The notes under the pieces were generated by a model. That model searched no databases. It worked only from the letters and a program-made list of their open reading frames with translations, and was not told the origin of the DNA. A DNA stretch of 64,000 bases from Sedimentisphaerales bacterium (GTDB lineage: Bacteria; Planctomycetota; Phycisphaerae; Sedimentisphaerales; SM23-30), in assembly GCA_963663805.2 (NCBI GenBank), contig CAXXMR010000003.1, positions 160,001 to 224,000 on the forward strand. The letters are read 5' to 3'. The position numbers and the translations under genes are program-made. This document shows, piece by piece, positions 50,456 through 60,685 of the stretch. Position 1 is the first letter of the stretch. Every line of letters starts with the position of its first letter.

Positions 50456-52046
50456 GTAACATTTTAGCCAAGTGAAGCAAATTCTATAGCTTTTGGGTTG
50501 GCTTGTGCAAAAAAAAGACAAAAAAAACTTTAAAATGTTAAGATGGGTAATTTGCGCTATTGCGTGTAATGGTTTATAGTTTCAGCATGATGAAGCCGAA
50601 TGCTGAACAGGCTATCGCCGACCTGGCCTTAGAGCAGGAATTGACTGCGGAGCAGGCTGAGCTTATTTACGAGCAAGGCAGAGAGGCGGTGGTTTTTGTT
50701 TTGCTGAGACTGTCGAAACTGGCAGCGGAAAAAACACAAGGTACGTTAGTTGCCGGCAGTCCGGCTGATCCTTCGTGTCCCTCAGGTCAGAAGCCGGTTT
50801 TTGTCAAGCCGAACAAAACAGATAAAAAACGCGGCAAAAAGTTTGGCCGTAAAAAAGGGCATCAAGGTACTCGCCGCAATCTGCCGACCCAAATAGACCG
50901 TACCGAAGAACATCGCGCTTCATGTTGTCCGGACTGCGGCGGCGAACTGAAAAAATGTTCCGGCACACGTGAACGAATCATCGAAGACATCCCGGAAGAT
51001 GTTCGCGTTGAGACGGTAAAGCATGTTATTCATCGCGACTGGTGTCCGAACTGTCGCAAGGCGGTTGAGCCGATCGTAACCGATGCTCTGCCAAAATCAT
51101 CTATTGGCAATGGTATTGTGGTTTTGTGTGCCTGGCTCCACTTTGCGTTGGGCAATACGATAGCGCAGATCCTGGAGGTGTTTAATTTTCATCTCCGGTT
51201 TAAGATGTCGCCGGGCGGATTAGTCCAGATGTGGCATCGTTTAGCGGATATACTCCTGGCCTGGTACGAAGAAATAATCGAGGACATTCAAAAAGCCGGT
51301 GTCCTGCACGGCGATGAGACCGGCTGGCGGGTAAACGGTAAAACGCATTGGTTATGGTGCTTTACCAGCCATCAAGCCACGATTTTTACGGTCGAGCAGT
51401 CGCGGGCCGGGCCGGTGGTTTTGGAATTTATCAAAGAATGTTTCAACGGCGTGTTCGTAAGTGACTTCTGGTATGCTTACAATGTATTGTCATGCGCCAA
51501 ACAAAAGTGCCTGGTTCACTTACTGCGTGATTTGGAGCGAGTCTGGAAAGCCAAAGACCACAGCGGCGATTGGCCGAGGTTCTCCAAAAAACTCAAACGA
51601 TTAATTCGCGACGCGATACGCCTGCGTAAACGCATCGATGAACTGGATGCGACGGTTTACCAGCGGCGCTGCCAACGAATCGAAAAACGCTTGGATCTTA
51701 TTATCGCGCATGAGTGGTCGAACAAGGAAGCTCAGCGGTTGATTAAGCGTTTGAAACGCCATCATGATGAGCTGTTCACTTTTCTGAGCAATCGCGAGGT
51801 GCCGTTCGATAATAATTTTGGCGAACGCAGCATTCGCGGCGCGGTGATCATGCGAAAGAACAGCTATAACAACCGCAGCGACCGTGGAGCCCGAACGCAA
51901 TCGGTGCTGATGAGCGTGTTTTTTACCCTGAAACAACGCGGCCTAAACCCGGTTGCTACCATCAAAAAAGCCCTGCGAACATACATCAAAACCGGCAAAT
52001 TGCCAAAACTCGCGGAGTTCTCTGCTTCACTTGGCTAAAGTGTTAC
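50456..52046 (+). mobile_element. IS66-family element, single-ORF type
   Basis: 24-bp TIR gtaacattttagccaagtgaagca (1 mismatch) with GTAA..TTAC ends; 8-bp target duplication TAAATATC (50448-50455, 52047-52054). Confidence 0.95.
50560..52038 (+). CDS. IS66-family transposase
   Basis: CPDCGG/CPNC Zn finger, HGDETGW, VSDF..AY, QKCLVHLLRD, PFDNN..ER.IR; exact start uncertain. Confidence 0.93.
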   Translation: MRVMVYSFSMMKPNAEQAIADLALEQELTAEQAELIYEQGREAVVFVLLRLSKLAAEKTQGTLVAGSPADPSCPSGQKPVFVKPNKTDKKRGKKFGRKKGHQGTRRNLPTQIDRTEEHRASCCPDCGGELKKCSGTRERIIEDIPEDVRVETVKHVIHRDWCPNCRKAVEPIVTDALPKSSIGNGIVVLCAWLHFALGNTIAQILEVFNFHLRFKMSPGGLVQMWHRLADILLAWYEEIIEDIQKAGVLHGDETGWRVNGKTHWLWCFTSHQATIFTVEQSRAGPVVLEFIKECFNGVFVSDFWYAYNVLSCAKQKCLVHLLRDLERVWKAKDHSGDWPRFSKKLKRLIRDAIRLRKRIDELDATVYQRRCQRIEKRLDLIIAHEWSNKEAQRLIKRLKRHHDELFTFLSNREVPFDNNFGERSIRGAVIMRKNSYNNRSDRGARTQSVLMSVFFTLKQRGLNPVATIKKALRTYIKTGKLPKLAEFSASLG

Positions 52047-52777
52047 TAAATATCAATCTTAGGGATATTAGCGAAATATATCAGGGCATAAAAGAGCTCG
52101 GTGAGAAGCTAGGCAACCCTGCCGCTGCGGAGAGATTATGCAGTAAGATCAATAATGAACTGGAAACTATAAAAAACAAACTATCTTCCGCGGAAAAGAA
52201 AAAGGTGTTTTTTTCCTTGTATCGTGTTCCCGGCACACTTGCAAGCATTACTACAGTTGGACCGGACACTTTTTTGGGTGAGCTTATTGAAGTCGCAGGC
52301 GGAGTAAATATTTTTAGTGATTTGGAGCAGGATTATCCGGTGATTTCCAAAGAAAGCCTTCTCAAACGCCAGCCAGAAGTTATTATTGAACCATATCCCC
52401 ATTCGGCCGGGACTAATTGTAATTCAAATGAGGCTTTAAAAGACTGGTCAAAACTTAGCAAACTAGAGGCTGTAATTAATAATAAACTTTATGTTATCGA
52501 TGGAGATATTGTCCTGAAACCGGGTCCAAGAGTTGGGCAGGCGGCGTTTGAACTGGCCAAGATAATTCATCCAGAGCTGTGTGATGAATCTCCAATTTGC
52601 AAACAACAATAATGTCAGTTACTCTTAGTCAAGCTTACATAAATAATGGATTGCATCAACGTGGAAATAAACATCGGCGATAGTATTAACAGATCAGATA
52701 ATTCAGACAAAAACACTATGTAAAAATAGTTGAGTTACTCTTGACACCGGGTTCCGGACAGATAACATGAGGTTTTT

Positions 52778-53332
52778 ATGAAAATGCAATTACAGGTAAA
52801 AACTGCTGATTTATTAGAAAAAGGATATGTTCAGGTTTATACTGGAAACGGCAAAGGCAAAACAACAGCGGCCATCGGTCTGGCAGTTCGTGCCGCAGGT
52901 GCCGGACTTAGAGTCTTTTTTGCCCAGTTTATCAAAGGGATGCTTTATAGTGAAATTCAGGCGCTGGAGAGATTTTCAGAGCTTATTGCCGTCAAGCAAT
53001 ACGGCAGAGGGTGCTTTATCCAAAAAAATCCTGAACCACAGGACATCGAAGCGGCCTATTACGGACTTGAAGACATTATGGCGATAATGCAGGATGAAAA
53101 TTATGATGTGGTCATTCTCGATGAAGCCAATGTGGCTGTCCAATGTAATCTTATCACTGTTGACGATCTACTTAGACTTGTAGATAATAAGCCATTTGCT
53201 ATGGAACTAATTATTACCGGCAGATATGCCAAAAAGGAAATCCTGGAGGTTGCCGACCTCGTGACGGAAATGAAAGAGGTTAAACACTATTATCGAAACG
53301 GTGTTCAGGCACGAATCGGTATTGAAAAATAA
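52778..53332 (+). CDS. cobO: Cob(I)yrinic acid a,c-diamide adenosyltransferase (CobO/BtuR)
   Basis: GYVQVYTGNGKGKTTAAIG, QFIKG, ILDE, ELIITGR, ADLVTEMKEVKHY..G..AR.GIE. Confidence 0.95.
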   Translation: MKMQLQVKTADLLEKGYVQVYTGNGKGKTTAAIGLAVRAAGAGLRVFFAQFIKGMLYSEIQALERFSELIAVKQYGRGCFIQKNPEPQDIEAAYYGLEDIMAIMQDENYDVVILDEANVAVQCNLITVDDLLRLVDNKPFAMELIITGRYAKKEILEVADLVTEMKEVKHYYRNGVQARIGIEK

Positions 53333-53377
53333 ACCCTTTCTTCAGAGTATTTATGAGTAAAATAGTTTTTTCTGACA

Positions 53378-56170
53378 ATGAGTAAAATCTGTTTAATCGC
53401 ATGTGGGGTGTTGGCCCCGGATATCCAGCAGATTGCTGAACAGCTCGAAATTGATATCGAGATGTTTTTTCTCCAGGCTGCTCTGCATGATAATCCTAGC
53501 AAGTTGAAAAATGACCTCCAGCATGAAATTTTCAGATTAAGTGAAGACGCTGAAGTTGAGAGGATTGTAATTGGTTATGGTTTATGCGGAACAGGTACGG
53601 TAGGAATACAAGCCGGCAGCACAAAACTGGTCATACCACGTGTTCATGACTGCATTTCCCTTTTTCTTGGTTCAGACGCAGCTTATAAATATCAATTTAA
53701 AAAATACCCCGGCACTTTTTATTTTACGCAAGGCTGGATTGATAAAGATGTACAGCCTTTGTCCCAACAGGAAGCAACTGGTTGCTCTGTTGGTCCCAGA
53801 GCAATCGACGATGCAATAGCAAAGCAGCCTCAGGCTGAAAAAGAAAAACATATTCGTCAATTTTTTGATAGTTGGAAAAAAAATTATCAGCGTTCAGTTT
53901 TTATTAATACCGGAGTCGGTAATCGGAAGCAGATTGAACAATACGCTAAGAATATGGCGGCGGAAAATAATTGGGAATATGAGGAAATTAAAAGCGACAA
54001 GTCGCTGTTGGAAAGACTGCTGATCGCGGATAGAACAGATGACGATCTGCTTGTTGTGCCTCCCGGCCACGTAACGATTTATGACCCATTAAGCGAAAAG
54101 CTCGACGCCGTCACTGCCGAATACACTAACCGAAAGGCGGGTGGCGCTTCGGTCATAACCAATATCTTCGGCAAAGACGAAGAAGGGCCCACTAAAGGAT
54201 TAGGTATTGATGCCGGGGGAACATATACCGATGTAGTGGTGTTCGATTTCAGAAATCAGCATGTTCTTACAAAAGCAAAGGCACTTACGACAAAATGGAA
54301 TTATACAATAGGAATCAAACAGGCACTCGATAAAATTGATATTGAGTATTTGCGTGATATCGAACTAGTAAGTGTCTCCACGACACTTGCCACCAACGCC
54401 ATAGTCGAACATCATGGCAGAAAGGTCGGATTGTTCCTGATGCCTCCAACGGGGCCTTTCAGAGTAGATGAGATTGGTTACACGCCGGCAGCTATTGTGA
54501 AAGGAAGGATTTGCATTGAAGGATTCGTGCAGGAGAAAATTGATGCCGCACAGATAATAGTTATTGCGGATGATATGATTCGAAGCCATGATGTGAAAGC
54601 TTTCGCGGTTTCCGGATATGCCTCTACAGTTAATCCCGCCCATGAAATCGAAGTTAAAAAGCTGCTTTATGAGCATACCGGCCTGGGGGTCACATGCGGC
54701 CATGAGCTCTCCCAGCTGCTTAATTTCAAAACCCGGGCAATCACAGCGGCACTGAATGCCAGAATTATACCCTATATCGAAAGCCTGCTCGGGAATCTTC
54801 AGGTCGCTTTAAAAGCAATAGATATTGACGTCCCAATCATGGTAGTAAAAGGGGACGGTACTTTGATGAGTATGAATCTGGCAAAGGAAAGACCTGTTGA
54901 GACAATTTACTCTGGTCCGGCGGCAAGTGTTGCTGGAGCGAAAAAACTGACCGGCCAAAAAGATGCCCTTGTTGTAGATATTGGAGGAACCACAACTGAT
55001 ACCGCTTCCATTCGTAATAACTCGGTGCTTATATGTTCTGAAGGAAGCGTCGTTGCCAATGCTCATACACACATCAAAGCGCTGAGCATGCGAACCAAAG
55101 GTCTCGGAGGAGACAGCGGCATTGATATCATTCAACAGTCTCTGTCAATTGGCCCGGTGCGGGTTCATCCCTTTGCATATTTTGCACAGAAATATCCCGG
55201 AGCCGATCAGGCAATAAATTACATTGAAAAACATACAGAAAAATATATATGCGATACCAGACCCGCTCATCTGCTGGCGCTGACTGAGCATCATGAATCT
55301 TTTCCATTGGAAGAGCATGAAAAAAAGATTCTCGAAGTTCTCAATGACAGACCCTATTCGGTATATGAGTTAGCTCAGGTGTTTGGAGTTGAATATTGGG
55401 AGATGGTAAGATATCAGAATCTTTTGAATCACAACATTATCTGTAAAAGCAGCCTGACGCCGACCGATGTTCTCCATGCCATAGATAAAATGAGCCTTTG
55501 GGACCAATTAGCGGCCCAAAGAACATGTCGGATATATGCCCAAATCGCTCTTATGGAATATGAAGAATTTATTTGTCATATTCAAACTTCTTTTACAAAT
55601 GAACTTGCGAAAGAACTGTTTACAATGCTAATAAATCCGGAAGGGATGTTGGATCCAGTTGACAGCTTTCCGACAGGCAAAGAAATACTTTCAAGATGGC
55701 TGGACAGAAGCAACCATAATTTTACTCTTTCAGTAAAACTGAACTATCCTATTATCGGAATCGGTGCTCCCGCAAAGGCACTATTACCTGCTGCCGCCGA
55801 GTTTTTCAACACCAAATTAATTCTTCCGGAAGATGCCGATGTTGCCAACGCAATAGGAGCCATCACAAGTTCAATATCAATCACACATTCAATAAAACTC
55901 ACAAATGATCAAGATGGCCAATATGTTATAGAAGGGTTACCGAACAATCCATCATTTAAAAATTACAACGAAGCCCTTGATTTCGCTAATATAACACTTA
56001 TCGAAATGGTTACGAACCTGGCTCATAAAGCCGGCACGATAAATCCTTCAATTCAAACAATCGCTGAAGATCAAATTGTGACAGCCGCAAATGGAACAAA
56101 GGTATTCCTCGGAACCATAATTACCGCTTCAGTGACCGGCCGACCGACCTTGAGGGCAAGGGAATCATGA
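53378..56170 (+). CDS. DUF1638 domain fused to hydantoinase A/oxoprolinase-family ATPase domain
   Basis: IACGVL..ALH..P, GYGLCG.G, IPRVHDCISLFLGS, PGTFY.T.GW; then GIDAGGTYTD, STTLATNA, SGPAAS, DIGGTTTD, ANAIGA. Confidence 0.85.
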   Translation: MSKICLIACGVLAPDIQQIAEQLEIDIEMFFLQAALHDNPSKLKNDLQHEIFRLSEDAEVERIVIGYGLCGTGTVGIQAGSTKLVIPRVHDCISLFLGSDAAYKYQFKKYPGTFYFTQGWIDKDVQPLSQQEATGCSVGPRAIDDAIAKQPQAEKEKHIRQFFDSWKKNYQRSVFINTGVGNRKQIEQYAKNMAAENNWEYEEIKSDKSLLERLLIADRTDDDLLVVPPGHVTIYDPLSEKLDAVTAEYTNRKAGGASVITNIFGKDEEGPTKGLGIDAGGTYTDVVVFDFRNQHVLTKAKALTTKWNYTIGIKQALDKIDIEYLRDIELVSVSTTLATNAIVEHHGRKVGLFLMPPTGPFRVDEIGYTPAAIVKGRICIEGFVQEKIDAAQIIVIADDMIRSHDVKAFAVSGYASTVNPAHEIEVKKLLYEHTGLGVTCGHELSQLLNFKTRAITAALNARIIPYIESLLGNLQVALKAIDIDVPIMVVKGDGTLMSMNLAKERPVETIYSGPAASVAGAKKLTGQKDALVVDIGGTTTDTASIRNNSVLICSEGSVVANAHTHIKALSMRTKGLGGDSGIDIIQQSLSIGPVRVHPFAYFAQKYPGADQAINYIEKHTEKYICDTRPAHLLALTEHHESFPLEEHEKKILEVLNDRPYSVYELAQVFGVEYWEMVRYQNLLNHNIICKSSLTPTDVLHAIDKMSLWDQLAAQRTCRIYAQIALMEYEEFICHIQTSFTNELAKELFTMLINPEGMLDPVDSFPTGKEILSRWLDRSNHNFTLSVKLNYPIIGIGAPAKALLPAAAEFFNTKLILPEDADVANAIGAITSSISITHSIKLTNDQDGQYVIEGLPNNPSFKNYNEALDFANITLIEMVTNLAHKAGTINPSIQTIAEDQIVTAANGTKVFLGTIITASVTGRPTLRARES

Positions 56171-57734
56171 ATAAAAAAGCAAAATGCATATCCATATTAG
56201 GAACAGGTTCTGATCAGGTTCTGATGTTGGGAAAAGTGTTATCACTGCTGCTCTATGCCGTATATTAAATGATCAAGGTTTCAGGGTTGCTCCATTCAAA
56301 GCTCAGAATATGTCAAATAACTCTTTTGTTACAAAAAGAGGACATGAAATGGGGCGGGCACAAGTTGTTCAGGCCCAGGCCGCAAGAGTTGAAGCAACTT
56401 CCGATATGAATCCTGTATTACTCAAACCATGTACGGATACGGGAGCGCAAATCGTTCTTAATGGAAAACCGTTCGGCAATTGCCTGGCCTCAGATTATTT
56501 TGCTGACACTAATTTCCTTTCGGAAAAAGCTCTTGAAAGTCTGGTTAGATTAAGAAGTGAATATGAAGTGGTTGTTATGGAGGGAGCAGGTTCCTGTGCT
56601 GAAATAAACTTAAGGGAAAGAGATTTTGTTAATTTTAGAATTTCGCATGCAGTAGATGCTTCAGTAATTCTTGTCGCCGATATTGATAGAGGAGGTGTAT
56701 TTGCTCAAATCATCGGTACGCTGAACATCATACCGCCAGAGGATCGCAATCTGGTCAAGGGAATCATTATCAATCGTTTTCGAGGAGATGCCAAATTATT
56801 CGAAGATGGTATAAAATATATCGAACAAAAAACAAATCTGCCAGTCCTTGGCCTTGTCCCTTTTTTCTATCATATCGAAATTGACTCTGAAGACAGTATG
56901 CCTGTCGAGACAATCATCGACCCGAAAGCTGGTCCCGCAAGAAATAAAATCAATATCGCCTGTATCCGGCTTCCGCATATATCAAATTTTACAGATTTCA
57001 ATCCGCTGATCCGTGAAGATATCGTTAATTTTCATTATCTTTCGAAGCCTCGTAATCTGATTGGCTATGACTTGCTGATTTTGCCCGGTAGCAAAAATGT
57101 CAGGAACGATATGCAATGGCTGACAGAAGCCGGTTGGATTGACGCGATTATGCAATATAGAAATACCAATCGCAAAATTCTTGGAATATGTGGAGGTTAT
57201 CAAATGCTTGGATTAACCATAGATGATCCAGCAGGAATTGAAGGTCAACCGGGACAAACCAAAGGTCTTGGGCTACTAGCGGTTGAAACAAAATTGCATC
57301 ACGAAAAGATTACTACTCAAACTATTGGGGATTGGATAGGTTTTGAAAATATACATGTCACAGGTTATGAGATACATATGGGGAAAACTACCCCGGTCGG
57401 CAAAGGAAAACCGGTAGTAGCATTAGAGAGCAGAAATGCAAAAATAATTAAAGCGTTTGACGGCTGGCAAACAGAGGACGAAAGAATACAGGGAGTTTAC
57501 CTACACGGCCTATTTGATGAATCTGTTTTCAGGAGAGCTTTTTTATCGTTACTGAAACCTGAATTCGACAGCTTGGAAAATCAAACAAAATCAATATCTT
57601 TGTTGGAATTTCGAGAAAAACAGTATGACCTCCTGGCTGAACATTTTAATAAATTTGTTGACATTCAAAAAATAACTGAAATATGCAATTTAAATTCTAT
57701 TGGTGCTTACAATTATCAATTGGGAGCATTCTGA
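56167..57734 (+). pseudogene. cobQ: Cobyric acid synthase, frameshifted near the 5' end
   Basis: PFKAQNMSNNS, MNPVLLKP, EGAGS, DIDRGG, ISNFTDF, GICGGYQMLG, GYEIH, YLHGLF; tandem duplication CAGGTTCTGAT (56204-56225) breaks the GTGSDVGKS P-loop. Confidence 0.9.
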
Positions 57735-57912
57735 TGATGCTGACTGGACTGTTGTATCAGGTGAGGCTTACCAAGGAATCTACTCCGCTCAATCTGGCGA
57801 CATAGATTATGGGCAGAAAAGCTCTATTGAATTTTCCATTGACACAACTGGATACAGTGAAATCAGTTTTCATAGAAAGGTTTCATGCGAATGTGATTGG
57901 GATTTTCTACAT
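57712..57912 (+). pseudogene. Remnant of a secreted-protein beta-sandwich domain
   Basis: W...DADWTVV..EAY.G.YSAQSG.I....S......ISF.RKVS.E..WDFL with no signal peptide or continuation. Confidence 0.4.
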
Positions 57913-58029
57913 CAAACATCAAGATGCGTTTTTGAGCAAGACAAGCCAAATTCCCATAGCCCTAGGAAGCATAAGGTATTGCATAATGGGCAATTGTGTG
58001 AGGCTAACATTTCTTCGAAGAATTGTTCT

Positions 58030-58074
58030 TTGACAAAACATTTTCACCCTGATAAAATTGCAATTATGTTGCAT
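58030..58074 (+). promoter_or_regulatory. Promoter with overlapping Zur/Fur-type palindromic box
   Basis: TTGACA-N17-TAAAAT (TG-extended) and TTGCAATTATGTTGCAT at 58058-58074. Confidence 0.7.
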
Positions 58075-58104
58075 TTTTAACTAATAGAGACAGAAAAATA
58101 TAAT

Positions 58105-58536
58105 ATGGATTGCCCTGAAAAAATATTGAAAGACCATGATTTCAATTGCACTAAAATGCAAATTGCAACTCTCAATGTCCTTATTCAAACAGATCATCCT
58201 GTTGCAAGAAGGGATATTCTGCATGCTTTAGAGGACATGAATCCCGATAAGACCACGATCTATAGAATCCTCGAAAGATTTTGCGAAAAAGGCTTAGTAC
58301 ATAAAGCTTATGTTGATAAGAGGGCATGGGAATATGAACTTGCTGACAAATGTACCGACCGCCAGTGTCATCCACATTTTAAATGCACTAATTGCGGAAA
58401 AGTCACTTGCTTATTTGATGCTCATGTACCTTTAGTGGAGGGCTTGGGAGAGGAATTCATTTTTCAGCGCCAAATGATAATGATCGAAGGTATCGGACCT
58501 GAATGTTCAAAAGTTTTTTTTAAGACGTGCGAATAA
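58105..58536 (+). CDS. Fur-family metalloregulator (Zur-like)
   Basis: DKTTIYRIL..F...G.VH, HPHFKCTNCG, distal G.GPEC. Confidence 0.88.
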   Translation: MDCPEKILKDHDFNCTKMQIATLNVLIQTDHPVARRDILHALEDMNPDKTTIYRILERFCEKGLVHKAYVDKRAWEYELADKCTDRQCHPHFKCTNCGKVTCLFDAHVPLVEGLGEEFIFQRQMIMIEGIGPECSKVFFKTCE

Positions 58537-58823
58537 AACAGAAACAATCTTTTTCATTTATAATACTGGCAATATTCATTGCTAATATTTCAGGTGCGCT
58601 GTTTTTCTGGCACATCGCAGCAGAAGGAGGCTACGAGCATCACGATTGTGATAACTGCCCAATCTGTCAGAATACGTTTATAAATTCTGCCAAGTTCTTA
58701 AATACATCATTTGTATTAACCACCTGCATCAATATATTGGAATATGCGATTGAGTATGATTCGAACGACATGCTGACAATCCAGAGCATATCCAATATCA
58801 TGCCAAGAGCTCCACCTGTTTAA
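58527..58823 (+). CDS. DUF2946-like small protein with HH..CxxC and terminal RAPP motif (putative metal-sensing arrest peptide)
   Basis: N-terminal hydrophobic helix, EHHDCDNCPICQ, ends MPRAPPV*. Confidence 0.75.
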   Translation: MRIKQKQSFSFIILAIFIANISGALFFWHIAAEGGYEHHDCDNCPICQNTFINSAKFLNTSFVLTTCINILEYAIEYDSNDMLTIQSISNIMPRAPPV

Positions 58824-59000
58824 CCTGTTTTTTCCATAAACTTCGTCAAGAATAGCTGTAGAGTGCTACAGATCAAGAGTTTGTCGCCGTGAGTGGTGCG
58901 AGGCGTATTGAAATACGTTGAGCTCCGCAAACAAGATAAAACCTTGAGATAGCGTGCTATACAACTTTGCAGTAGAAGATTTATGAAAAATGTAGGGTAA
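58824..59000. repeat. Long imperfect inverted-repeat / MITE-like element
   Basis: tttttccataaacttc ... gaagatttatgaaaaa IR; internal gcgtattgaaatacgt hairpin. Confidence 0.45.
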
Positions 59001-59097
59001 TTCCCCTCTGTATCTTTTAGCAATTATAAACCATTATACAGAGTATGCTTGTACACATATTCTGCAAACCAAACTTTAATTATGAGGAAAATAAGTA

Positions 59098-59892
59098 ATG
59101 AATCTTAAAATTGTTACCATGGTAATTTTGGCTTGTTGTGTTATTACAAATGTTAGCCTGGCAGACTGCCCGTTGGCTCATACTCACATTGGAGTCAATC
59201 CGACCTGGCGGCCTGACGGCGATCCGGTCTCAAGCGATGATAATCAACTTTGGTTCTTCTCGCTGCCGCCTGCTCATTCTGCTGGCACTCCCGGCTGGCC
59301 GAACTGGGAACAAGCCAATGGAGATGTATTCCTGCAGTTGGTACCTGTTTTAGAAAGCGGCAGTACGATCCCGAAAGGTGATGGGTCAGGAAAACAGCTT
59401 TGGACATGTCAATTCATGTACAGCAAAGCCAACGGCTATGGTGATCCGGCGGGTACGCAGCATCTTGACGGCTGGCATTCAGCTCACCCGGGTCATGGCA
59501 TGTGGAACCTAGAAAGCATCGATGAACAAACAACCCCTGATTGGGAAATTCATCTTCAACGTGAAGCAACGTCTGTTGCCTCAGATGATTTCTTTATGCT
59601 TTTACCCAATGACACGGCTGTTCTAACCACTGACGGATCTAATTACCAGCTGAATAAAATGTGGCTTTCGGATAAAAATGCCTGGGGAATTCATGAGCAC
59701 ATGAGTTTTAATTTCTGGCTTACGCCGGATATTGGCCAGGAAGTTACCGCAACTTTTTCGGCTTATGATGCAGGAGGCCTGTACACGGCATCCGATGATT
59801 TTGATTTTGCCTTTGTAACGGTTCCCGAACCTACATCTTTGCTGCTTTTCAGCTTTGGAGTAATCCCCCTGCTAAGAAAGAAGCAGAAATAA
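59098..59892 (+). CDS. His-rich PEP-CTERM surface protein, candidate metal-binding
   Basis: CPLAHTHIG, HLDGWHSAHPGHG, GIHEHMSF; VPEP-TM-RKKQK. Confidence 0.85.
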   Translation: MNLKIVTMVILACCVITNVSLADCPLAHTHIGVNPTWRPDGDPVSSDDNQLWFFSLPPAHSAGTPGWPNWEQANGDVFLQLVPVLESGSTIPKGDGSGKQLWTCQFMYSKANGYGDPAGTQHLDGWHSAHPGHGMWNLESIDEQTTPDWEIHLQREATSVASDDFFMLLPNDTAVLTTDGSNYQLNKMWLSDKNAWGIHEHMSFNFWLTPDIGQEVTATFSAYDAGGLYTASDDFDFAFVTVPEPTSLLLFSFGVIPLLRKKQK

Positions 59893-60660
59893 ATGCAACG
59901 TGTAAATAAAGATGGTTACAACCGGGGCAGTCTAGGCTGTCCCGGTTGTAATGCTATTTTCTGCCAATCCAGAGGGTTTACTTTGGTTGAACTTTTGGTA
60001 GTAGTTGCAATCATTGCACTGCTGGTAAGTATCTTACTGCCTGCCCTAGGCCAGGCGAGGAAGCAAGCCAAAAAACTTGTATGCTCCAGCAATATGAGAC
60101 AAATTGGAATTGCAATTAACGCATACACAATCGATAGTAAAAACCATCTTCCTCCAAGTTCCTGTCGTATCTCGGATCCGGACCAGTACTGGCTTAAGGT
60201 TTTGTCAGATTATATAGATGGACAATTGCTGTTTCACTGCCCAAGCGATAAAGCCAATAACTTTGTCGATTGGGACAAACCTTTAATTAAACAGAAGGAT
60301 AAACGATATTCAAGTTTTTCTGTCAATGCTCTTTTAGACCCAGTTTGTTATAGATATGGGCATTCCGCAAACAGTTATAATCTGGTAGATAAAATCCGCA
60401 GGCCCATGAGCTGTATTTGGATAAGTGAAGCACCAAACACGGAAGCTTTTCTGTTGGCCGACCACATTCATCCGGAATCGTGGGAAGGGTCAGTTGATTA
60501 TGCGAAAACATTTATCGCATGGGATCGTCATATGGGAAAATCGAATTATCTTTTTGCGGACGGGCATGTTGAAACACTGGAATTTGAAGAAACATACCAA
60601 TGGCCCCGTACATGCTATTGGTACCCAGAATCGGCCCCAGCATGGCCTGACAATCCGTAA
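59893..60660 (+). CDS. Prepilin-type DUF1559/H-X9-DG protein (metal locus)
   Basis: [59 protein letters not shown]. Confidence 0.93.
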   Translation: MQRVNKDGYNRGSLGCPGCNAIFCQSRGFTLVELLVVVAIIALLVSILLPALGQARKQAKKLVCSSNMRQIGIAINAYTIDSKNHLPPSSCRISDPDQYWLKVLSDYIDGQLLFHCPSDKANNFVDWDKPLIKQKDKRYSSFSVNALLDPVCYRYGHSANSYNLVDKIRRPMSCIWISEAPNTEAFLLADHIHPESWEGSVDYAKTFIAWDRHMGKSNYLFADGHVETLEFEETYQWPRTCYWYPESAPAWPDNP

Positions 60661-60685
60661 CCCAAAAACCCTAAGGGACAACAAT

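Larger units (their letters stand above)
50090..52612 (+). pseudogene. btuF: Cobalamin ABC-transporter substrate-binding protein (BtuF-like) interrupted by IS66
   Basis: N-part RVISINPAATEIIFELG..FCNYP..PNFE.I..LKPD; C-part TFLGELIE.AGG.NIF, PGPRV; removing 50456-52054 rejoins in frame (KYINI|NLRDIS). Confidence 0.88.

Noticed and set aside
51953..52612. 219-aa ORF as an independent gene
   Set aside because: It is the 3' half of btuF read through from inside the IS66 end
60425..60685. Extended N-terminus of the 348-aa ORF
   Set aside because: Overlaps the pilin gene; signal peptide and RBS-like sequence support a start at 60686
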